The notes below the pieces were generated by a model. The model was given only the letters and a program-made list of their open reading frames with translations. It was not told the origin of the DNA and did not search any database. A stretch of DNA of 64,000 bases from Bacteroidia bacterium (GTDB lineage: Bacteria; Bacteroidota; Bacteroidia; UKL13-3): contig JAIOYZ010000004.1 in NCBI GenBank assembly GCA_021740845.1, positions 54,142-118,141 of the forward strand, in the 5' to 3' direction. The translations under genes and the position numbers were made by a program. Positions 9,682 to 17,250 of this stretch are shown here, in pieces. The stretch's first letter is position 1; the number at the start of each line of letters is the position of its first letter.

Positions 9682-10068
9682 TTATTCTTCCTCGCTATCG
9701 TCTAAAAATTGTTTTTCCAATTGGTCCATGAAAATAAACTCTATCGCTTCACTTTCACTAGGTACTAATACTAAACCTTTGTCTTCAAACTTTTCCATCC
9801 ATTGGGTATTAGCATGAACACTAATAGCCAAGCCATTGGTTAATTCTAATATTTCATTGGTTTCTCTTACCAAATCAATTACTTTTTTTCCTAGGTCTGA
9901 ACCTAAATCTATTTCAGTTTTAAAGTCGAATAGAATATAATTCCACAACTCCTCTTCTAGTAAATTTTGGGATGCTATTCGAAGTTCTTTTAGTAGCTCT
10001 TCACTCGCTAAATCTTCTTCAATTTTTATACTTGAATAATGCTCGGTTTTTTCAATAGAAACTTTCAT
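9682..10068 (-). CDS. Small acidic hypothetical protein (possibly STAS-like fold)
   Basis: 128-aa ORF whose stop abuts the rnz start (1-nt gap). The acidic composition only loosely resembles STAS/anti-sigma antagonist proteins. Confidence 0.5.
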   Translation of the reverse strand: MKVSIEKTEHYSSIKIEEDLASEELLKELRIASQNLLEEELWNYILFDFKTEIDLGSDLGKKVIDLVRETNEILELTNGLAISVHANTQWMEKFEDKGLVLVPSESEAIEFIFMDQLEKQFLDDSEEE

Positions 10069-10101
10069 CTTTGTTAACTAGGGTTTTCGAAAATATAAAA
10101 A

Positions 10102-10863
10102 ATGAACAAGAAAATTGCTTTTATTACAGGCGCCAGTTCAGGAATTGGCGAGGCAACTGCCATTTTATTGGCTCAAAACGGATATAATTTGATTTTAAAC
10201 GGCCGCAGAGCAGAACGCATTAAGGTCTTGCAGGATAGGCTAGTTGCTGATTACCAAATAGAAGCACATGCAGCTATTTTTGATGTTCGCAAAAAGGAGG
10301 AAGTAAAAGCTAGCATTGAATCAATTCCAGAAGCTTTTAAAAATATTGATGTTTTAGTAAACAATGCGGGACTTGCAAGTGGCCTTTCTACTCTTGACAA
10401 AGGTTCTTTAGAGGATTGGGAAGACATGATTGATACCAATATTAAAGGTTTGCTCTATGTTTCTCGACAAGTAATACCTGGAATGATAGATAGAAAATCT
10501 GGGCATATTGTTAATATTAGTAGTATTGCAGGTAAAGAAGTTTACGCAAATGGCAATGTATACTGTGCTACCAAGTTTGCTGTGGATGCATTGAATAAAG
10601 GCATGCGTATTGAACTGGCTTCATACCCAATTCGTGTAACTGGAATCTACCCAGGTGCTGTGGAAACGGAATTTTCCATAGTTCGTTTTCATGGCGATGA
10701 AGAAAAGGCAAAAGCCGTTTACCAAGGTTTTGATAACTTATTGGCTAGCGATATTGCAGATGCTATTCATTATGCAATTAGCAGACCCGCGCACGTTAAT
10801 ATCAATGAAATGATAGTGATGCCAACCGCACAACCGGTGCCTGGGATTATACATAGGAAGTAG
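10102..10863 (+). CDS. SDR-family NAD(P)-dependent oxidoreductase (YdfG-like)
   Basis: TGASSGIG cofactor motif, NNAG, catalytic YCATKFAV. Length and order are typical of classical SDRs. Confidence 0.9.
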   Translation: MNKKIAFITGASSGIGEATAILLAQNGYNLILNGRRAERIKVLQDRLVADYQIEAHAAIFDVRKKEEVKASIESIPEAFKNIDVLVNNAGLASGLSTLDKGSLEDWEDMIDTNIKGLLYVSRQVIPGMIDRKSGHIVNISSIAGKEVYANGNVYCATKFAVDALNKGMRIELASYPIRVTGIYPGAVETEFSIVRFHGDEEKAKAVYQGFDNLLASDIADAIHYAISRPAHVNINEMIVMPTAQPVPGIIHRK

Positions 10864-11009
10864 TTACAAGTAAACCCTGACAAGCTTGCAACATTGCGGC
10901 TATCAAGGGAAAGTAAATATAGCCAGGCGCACATTAGTGTAAAATTTTTCAATACGTGTAAGAGCTAAATTTTTCCATACGCACAGCCAGACATTTAGAA
11001 ATTAATTAT

Positions 11010-11017
11010 TACATTTG
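11010..11017 (+). promoter_or_regulatory. Candidate -7 promoter box (TAnnTTTG) for the four-gene island operon
   Basis: tacatttg lies 38 nt upstream of the first ATG (11055). Two 15-nt direct repeats, AAATTTTTC[A/C]ATACG, lie upstream at 10942-10956 and 10967-10981. Confidence 0.3.
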
Positions 11018-11054
11018 ACAATTATAGACAAATCAAATTACAGAAACGAGAGAG

Positions 11055-11300
11055 ATGCAAAATCTGCTACTCAGACAAGTTGCTGCTCCTATTGAAGTTG
11101 ACACTGCATTAATGAGTAAGGCTGAAAGAGGTGAATGGAATTTGAATAGGGACCAAGTTGTAAAGCTTGCCAAATTCTTTAACTCATCAGAGGAAGAGTA
11201 TATTTCTCTATGGCTTTGCGACAAAGTAATTGAAGCGGTTGAGAATGACCCTTTGGCGATTCAAGGAATAAAAAAAGCACTAACAAAAATCAAGAATTAA
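11055..11300 (+). CDS. Short XRE-type helix-turn-helix protein, possibly 5-prime eroded
   Basis: LRQVAAPIEVDTALMSKAERGEWNLNRDQVVKLAKFF resembles helices 2-5 of HTH_3/XRE domains. HTH-like sequence (TNQITETRE) continues upstream of the ATG to an in-frame TAG at 11025-11027. Confidence 0.6.
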   Translation: MQNLLLRQVAAPIEVDTALMSKAERGEWNLNRDQVVKLAKFFNSSEEEYISLWLCDKVIEAVENDPLAIQGIKKALTKIKN

Positions 11301-11305
11301 TTTCG

Positions 11306-13279
11306 ATGCAAATCATTCACAAAATAGACGACTTTTTATTTACCATTTTTCCTGAACTAATAGGGGGGGGTAATGACTTAATTGTCAGTACTTTAGAGGA
11401 TTATTATACCTACGGTCCTTTCAAGCCAAAAGTAAACACGGACAATGGTTGGGTAAAAATAGAAATTGACACCCCGACCATTTTATCGCAGGAAGACGAC
11501 TACAGAAAAACTGTAGCCCTATGTGAAAAAGGAAAATACTCAGAGGCAAAACCAATCCTAAATAAACTTATTGAAAAGAATCCCACAAATTCGGAATATC
11601 ACCGAATTATGGGACAAATACTTTCAGACGAAGGCGACCAAGAACAAGCAATCAATTGCTTAATTGATGCCTTACGTTGGGACTCAAGAAATGGATGGGC
11701 ATTGCTTATGATGGGAAACATTTTTGCTAGGTTCAAAGATGATGTTCCAACTGCTATGAAATATTATGACCAGGCACAAATAGCAAATCCAAATGATAAT
11801 ATCACCATAAACAACATTGGTGCTAACCTTATGCAACAAGGTAAATTGGAAGAAGCTAAAAAATATTTTTATGATGCATTAAAGATTAACGACCAATATG
11901 CAAACACTCATTTTGCATTAGGAATGATTGCTGAAATGGAAGCAGACTTGCAGTCTGCTTTTTTCAGCACCATTCAGGCGATTAAGTTAAGTAAAAGCAA
12001 GGATGTTCTTTATCAAAATTCGGTAAGACAAGCATTTGAAATTGTAAAAAAGTTAATAGCAACCGATACAGGTAAAAAGATTTTCAGAGAATATAGGCAC
12101 AAATTGGAATTCGAAGGTGATAGGAGAATTGATATTGTTCAAGACGAAGAGATACCGACCGCTGCAAAATTTGAGTTCGCTGAAAATTATGAAAGAGATG
12201 TTCATATTGTTAGGTATAAACCAAGCTATCCGGCTGTTGAGCATCTTATTATGCATGAGCTAGTTCATCTTGATTTTATAATCGAAGCAAGAAAGGACGA
12301 TTTAAATCAATTATTCATTTCCAATCAAAGTCACAAGACACAATTTATAAAGGGACTTGAGCCAACAATAAAGAAATTCAATAAAATGGGAATTTCTGAA
12401 AAATCAATTGCTGATTATTGCTCAAACCTATTTGAAGGGATGAATCGGCAAATCTTCAACACTCCAATTGACTTATTCATTGAACAGTTTTTATTTACAG
12501 AATTCCCTGATTTAAGAGCCTATCAGTTTATATCTCTTTACACCTTGTTACAAGAAGGTTTAAAAGCTGTAACTGACAAAAAGATTGTTGAACTATCACC
12601 AAAAGACATCATTTCAAAAAGCAAGGTATATAATCTCGTGAATGCAATTCAATTCAAGGAATTATTCGGACTTGACTTTATAAATGATTTCAATGCAACA
12701 CCAAGTGAATCAAAACATGCAAATGATTTCTATGAAGAATACCTGCAATACAGAGATGACAAAGAACCTGCTGAAGAATATGAATTGGTATTGCATTGGG
12801 CTGAAGACTTAAAACTTGACAAGAACTTCGAACTTGTTAATGAAAAAGAATTTAGAACCAAAAGAACAAACATAGACAATCTTTTATCATCCATTGAAAA
12901 AGACCCATATGACTTGGAATCCAAGGACCCTTACAAGGAATGGGAAATGGAGAAATTTCAAAAATCACAACAGAGCATTGGGACAAACATGGCCGTTGTC
13001 ATGTTCATGGTTGATGCTCTCCAATTTTTTGACGGAATGCCCAATGAAGAAATAAAGAAAATAGCTTTTGAAATAGCAATGCAAGGCACTCAGGGTTATA
13101 GACCTGAGAAAGATGATTACCGAATTAGTTCCATCAAAGGCAAAACGTTTTCAGGTTATCACATTCTTGCGTATTACTATGTTAGTTGGGCTTTGGCAAT
13201 TCCTGAAATGCTTTCTCAATTGCAATTACCATATGATGATGAATACAAACTGGCTTTAACCATGGATAAACCTAATTAG
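11306..13279 (+). CDS. TPR-repeat protein with a central HExxH (HELVH) metallopeptidase-like motif
   Basis: TPR-like repeats span about residues 66-230 (e.g. GKYSEAKPILNKLIEKNP, GKLEEAKKYFYDALKIND). HELVH is at residues 317-321 (nt 12254-12268). The start lies 5 nt after the HTH stop. Confidence 0.7.
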   Translation: MQIIHKIDDFLFTIFPELIGGGNDLIVSTLEDYYTYGPFKPKVNTDNGWVKIEIDTPTILSQEDDYRKTVALCEKGKYSEAKPILNKLIEKNPTNSEYHRIMGQILSDEGDQEQAINCLIDALRWDSRNGWALLMMGNIFARFKDDVPTAMKYYDQAQIANPNDNITINNIGANLMQQGKLEEAKKYFYDALKINDQYANTHFALGMIAEMEADLQSAFFSTIQAIKLSKSKDVLYQNSVRQAFEIVKKLIATDTGKKIFREYRHKLEFEGDRRIDIVQDEEIPTAAKFEFAENYERDVHIVRYKPSYPAVEHLIMHELVHLDFIIEARKDDLNQLFISNQSHKTQFIKGLEPTIKKFNKMGISEKSIADYCSNLFEGMNRQIFNTPIDLFIEQFLFTEFPDLRAYQFISLYTLLQEGLKAVTDKKIVELSPKDIISKSKVYNLVNAIQFKELFGLDFINDFNATPSESKHANDFYEEYLQYRDDKEPAEEYELVLHWAEDLKLDKNFELVNEKEFRTKRTNIDNLLSSIEKDPYDLESKDPYKEWEMEKFQKSQQSIGTNMAVVMFMVDALQFFDGMPNEEIKKIAFEIAMQGTQGYRPEKDDYRISSIKGKTFSGYHILAYYYVSWALAIPEMLSQLQLPYDDEYKLALTMDKPN

Positions 13280-13281
13280 TA

Positions 13282-13611
13282 ATGAAAGAAAACGAAGAAA
13301 TAATAGAAGCACTCTTGAAATTCAGAAATGAAAGAGATTGGGAGCAATTTCACAATCCAAAGGATTTGGCATTAGCAATTAGTATTGAATCTGCTGAACT
13401 TTTGGAATTATTTCTTTGGAAGAAAGCAGATGAAGCAAATACTGAAAAAGTAAAAGAGGAACTTGCCGACATTTTTTCATTTGCATTTTTACTTGCAGAA
13501 AAATATGGTTTTGATGTAAAGGAAATTGTTTTGGACAAAATCAAAACAAATGGAGAAAAATATCCTGTAGATAAAGCAAAAGGTTCAGCAAAAAAGTATG
13601 ATGAACTATAA
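13282..13611 (+). CDS. MazG-like nucleotide pyrophosphohydrolase (DCTPP1/YpjD-type, all-alpha NTP-PPase)
   Basis: FRNERDWEQFHNPKDLALAISIESAELLELFLWK...EELADIFSFAFLLAEKYGFD...NGEKYP is the characteristic small MazG-family pattern with EXXE and E..D acidic clusters. Confidence 0.85.
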   Translation: MKENEEIIEALLKFRNERDWEQFHNPKDLALAISIESAELLELFLWKKADEANTEKVKEELADIFSFAFLLAEKYGFDVKEIVLDKIKTNGEKYPVDKAKGSAKKYDEL

Positions 13612-15808
13612 CCAAGATTTTGAAATAAACAAAATTGCGTTCAATAATAATGGATTGAATTCTATTCAATCACAATATTTTGTAAGCGAAAATTGGCCTG
13701 TCGTATATATTTTAAATAACAATGGTATAAGTCAAGCCTATGTTGGCGAAACCATTGATACTAATTCTCGAATTTTAACCCATTTGCAAACACCAAGCAA
13801 AAGTCATCTCCTAGAAGCTCATTTAATTTCCAGTAAAAAATTCAATAAATCTGTAACATTAGATATTGAATCCAATTTAATAAAATTTTTACATGCTGAT
13901 GGAAAATACAAATTATTGAATGGTAATTTAGGATTGGTAAATCACTCATATTATCAAAGAGATGAGTTTTATTGGGATATGTTTAGAGATATTTGGAATG
14001 GACTTATAAGTAACGGTATTGCCCAACATAGTTTAGAACATATCTCAAATAGCGACCTGTTTAAGTATTCGCCCTATAAAACTTTATCTGCTGATCAAAG
14101 GAAAAATTTAATGCTAATTATTGACGCACTTCTTTCTGAAAATAAGAAATCAGTTTTGGTAGAAGGCGGTGCAGGCACAGGCAAGACTATTCTAGCCATT
14201 TTTCTTTTTAAGTTAATGCTAACCTCTGATGAGGATTTTAATTATAGAGAATTCGGAGAAGACGAAAAAGAATTTATTGATAAAGTAAAACAATTAAAAA
14301 TAAAATTTCCGAATCCTAAAATGGGTTTGGTGATAGCAATGGGTTCTTTTAGAAAAACTATTAAAAAGGTTTTTCGAAACATTAGCGGTCTAAATTCTAA
14401 TTTTGTTATTGGTCCTTCAGATCTTGAATATGAATCATATGATATTCTTTTTGTGGACGAATCACATCGTTTGAGAAAAAGAGTAAATCTTGGCCCATAC
14501 TTCAAAATTTATGACAGGGTTTGTAATGCCCTAAAACTAGACAAACTAAAAACTTCGGAGTTAACATGGACTCAATTAAGGGCAAATAAAGTATTATATT
14601 TTTACGATGCTAAACAATCTATAAAACCTTCTGATGTTGATGCTGTTGATTTTGAAAAAATAAAAAATGCTCCTAACTCAATAAATGTCAAATTGCATTC
14701 ACAGTTCCGAGTAAAGGGTGGCAATGGATTTGTTGATTTTGCAAATAATTTATTGGATAATACTTTTAAGAATAAAGAGTTCAAGTACAACGATACCAAT
14801 TATGACTTGCTACTTTTCGATAATTTTTCTGATTTCGTGAATGAACTTAGAGAAAAGAACAAAAAACATCAGCTTTCTAGATTCATAGCTGGCTATGCAT
14901 GGCCTTGGGTTAGTCAGAATGACCCTAATGCATATGATATTGAAATAGAAAATATTAAACTAAAATGGAACTCAACTTCAATTGATTACATCAATTCTGA
15001 TATTGATGCACAAGAGGTAGGTTGTATTCATACCACTCAAGGTTACGATCTCAATTATGCAGCAATAATTTTTGGACCTGAAATAATATACAATCCAATA
15101 TCAAAAGAAATAGAGATAGTAAAGGAAAATTATAAAGACAGAAATGGAAGTGCAACAATAAGAGATAACGCAATACTGAAAGACTATGTAGTAAATATTT
15201 ACAAAACTATTATGCTCAGAGGCATACTTGGCTGTTACATTTATGTGTGTAACGAAAATTTACGAAATTATTTTAGAAAGCACATTTATTTATTTAATGA
15301 AAGTAAAAAACCAATAATTGATATAGGTGAGTCAAAAGAAATAAAATTGATTCCTTTTGAAAATAGTGTACCTTTATATTCATTGAATGTTGCAGCAGGC
15401 GCTTTAAGATTGAATGAAGAATTTCCAAATGAACAATTTATTTTAGTTCCGGAAGGGGTTAGAATTACAAAAGACCATTTTGCATGTAAAATAATAGGTA
15501 ACTCTATGAATAAAATAGTGCAAGATGGTGAGATTGGATTGTTTAAATGGTACGAAGGAGGCAGTAGAAATGGTTTAATGGTAATTGCAGAATGTATAAA
15601 TCTGCAAGATTCTGATTATAGTTCTTGTTATACTTTTAAGGAATATTATAGTCAGAAAGTTGTTACTGAAGAAGGGTGGCATCATGAAAAAATCATACTT
15701 AAACCAAAATCATATGACCCATCTTATCAAGATATAATAATAGACCCTGAATCAATATATGATAGACCAATTAAGGTAATAGGTATATTTGATAGAGTAT
15801 TGAATTAA
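13598..15808 (+). CDS. Three-domain fusion: GIY-YIG nuclease + DUF2075 (Schlafen group-3-type ATPase/helicase) + C-terminal LexA-like S24 peptidase domain
   Basis: GIY-YIG: VVYIL..AYVGET..R58..H62..E91. P-loop: GGAGTGKT (res 190-197). Walker B: ILFVDESH (283-290). DUF2075-like motifs: YFYDAKQSI, SRFIAGYAWPW, CIHTTQGYDLNYAAIIFG. S24-like: VPLYSLNVAAG...GNSM (Ser636, nt 15503-15505)...TFKEY (Lys681). The start overlaps the MazG gene by 14 nt. Confidence 0.8.
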   Translation: MMNYNQDFEINKIAFNNNGLNSIQSQYFVSENWPVVYILNNNGISQAYVGETIDTNSRILTHLQTPSKSHLLEAHLISSKKFNKSVTLDIESNLIKFLHADGKYKLLNGNLGLVNHSYYQRDEFYWDMFRDIWNGLISNGIAQHSLEHISNSDLFKYSPYKTLSADQRKNLMLIIDALLSENKKSVLVEGGAGTGKTILAIFLFKLMLTSDEDFNYREFGEDEKEFIDKVKQLKIKFPNPKMGLVIAMGSFRKTIKKVFRNISGLNSNFVIGPSDLEYESYDILFVDESHRLRKRVNLGPYFKIYDRVCNALKLDKLKTSELTWTQLRANKVLYFYDAKQSIKPSDVDAVDFEKIKNAPNSINVKLHSQFRVKGGNGFVDFANNLLDNTFKNKEFKYNDTNYDLLLFDNFSDFVNELREKNKKHQLSRFIAGYAWPWVSQNDPNAYDIEIENIKLKWNSTSIDYINSDIDAQEVGCIHTTQGYDLNYAAIIFGPEIIYNPISKEIEIVKENYKDRNGSATIRDNAILKDYVVNIYKTIMLRGILGCYIYVCNENLRNYFRKHIYLFNESKKPIIDIGESKEIKLIPFENSVPLYSLNVAAGALRLNEEFPNEQFILVPEGVRITKDHFACKIIGNSMNKIVQDGEIGLFKWYEGGSRNGLMVIAECINLQDSDYSSCYTFKEYYSQKVVTEEGWHHEKIILKPKSYDPSYQDIIIDPESIYDRPIKVIGIFDRVLN

Positions 15809-16097
15809 TATAAAATTCTGCTTGTGAAGCAGTCATAAACATTACCAAGCCCCCAAAAACCAAAACACAAGCCAAACCTTGCAAAAAAGTTTAACATTTG
15901 TTGTGGATACTACCGACCCTGAACAATATTTAGGTGATTAAATATAGGAGCATGACGCGAAATAAACAGTCCGCTAACAATGCATATAATTAATTTTGGA
16001 ATTTACTGTTAACTGTAAATTTTCTAATTTCGTTTGTTCGGTTCAGGCTGTCTGATTTGCCGTATTAACTCCAAAACAAATCATAAGCCCGAAACCT

Positions 16098-17184
16098 TTA
16101 ATGTTGGGCGTTTTCCATTAGATAAGCTTTTATAAACTCATCTAGATTGCCATCCATTATGCTTTGAACATCGGAGGTTTCAACTTCTGTTCTTAAGTCT
16201 TTCACCAATTTGTAAGGGTGGAAAACATAATTGCGAATTTGGCTTCCCCACTCGATACGTTTTTTGCCTGCTTCTATTGCTGATTTGGCCTCATTTCTTT
16301 TGCGTAATTCCAATTCGTATAATTGAGAGCGCAACATTTGGTAAGCTCTTTCTTTATTACCACTTTGGGAGCGTTCAACCTGACAAACAATTACAATTCC
16401 CGAAGGCTTGTGAGTTAATTGAACTTTGGTTTCTACCTTGTTTACATTTTGTCCTCCAGCACCACCCGAACGAGAGGTTTGAATTTCGATATCTGCATCT
16501 TTAATTTCAATCTCAATGCTATCATCAATTAAAGGATAAACATATACGGATGCAAAGGAAGTATGTCGTCTGGCTTGGCTATCAAATGGAGAAATTCTCA
16601 CCAAACGGTGAACACCTGATTCCCCTTTTAAGAAACCATAGGCAAAGTTTCCTGAAACTTCTATGGTACATGATTTAATTCCTGCTCCATCACCTGCCTG
16701 CTCATCCACAACAGCGGCTTTCATACCGTGTTTATCTGCATACATGATATACATACGCATCAGCATTTCTGCCCAATCTTGGCTTTCAGTTCCACCTGCG
16801 CCAGAGTTTATTTGAACCATGCAATCCATTTGGTCTTCTTCACCACTGAGCATGTTTTTAAACTCTAATTCTTCTAATAAAGTTGTTGTCTCTTTGTATT
16901 GAGCATCAACTTCTTCTTCGGTTCCTTCTCCTGCTTGGAAAAATTCAAATAAAATAGAAAGATCATCAATCGATTGAGTAACCGATTCGTAGGCATCTGT
17001 CCAAACTTTTTTTAATTTGGTGGCCTTTAAATGTTTTTCAGCTTCCTTGGGATTATCCCAGAAATCAGCCATTTGAGCACGAGCTTCTTCTTCTTTGATA
17101 TCTAATAATTTAGTATCAACGTCAAAGATACCTCCTCAGAGCGTCTGCTCTATACTTCAAATCTTTTAATTGGTCTGCAGTCAT
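16098..17184 (-). CDS. prfB: Peptide chain release factor 2, with programmed +1 frameshift
   Basis: Frame 0 encodes [20 protein letters not shown] then TGA (17184-17122). A +1 shift continues as [25 protein letters not shown]... to 16098. SPF and GGQ ([14 protein letters not shown]) motifs are present. Confidence 0.9.
17121..17136 (-). promoter_or_regulatory. prfB: prfB autoregulatory +1 frameshift site (AGGAGG TAT CTT TGA C)
   Basis: The minus strand reads aggagg tat ctt tga c: an internal SD-like element, a slippery CUU, and an in-frame UGA followed by C. This is nearly identical to the E. coli site. Confidence 0.9.
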
Positions 17185-17250
17185 GTTATTAAATAAAAAA
17201 TTCAGAACTCTGTTGCCAAAGTCCTGAATTTAAAATAGGTTCAAACAATA

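Noticed and set aside
10864-16097. Using the absence of the GGTTCAAACC motif from the island as evidence of foreign origin.
   Set aside because: With about one copy per 2.4 kb, a 5-kb motif-free stretch has a chance probability of roughly 0.1. The neighbouring housekeeping genes at 8.8-17.2 kb also lack it, so it is not significant on its own.
10864-16097. Interpreting the island as an integrative mobile element or prophage remnant.
   Set aside because: I found no integrase, transposase, recombinase, tRNA target, or flanking direct or inverted repeats. Only composition and gene content suggest horizontal origin.
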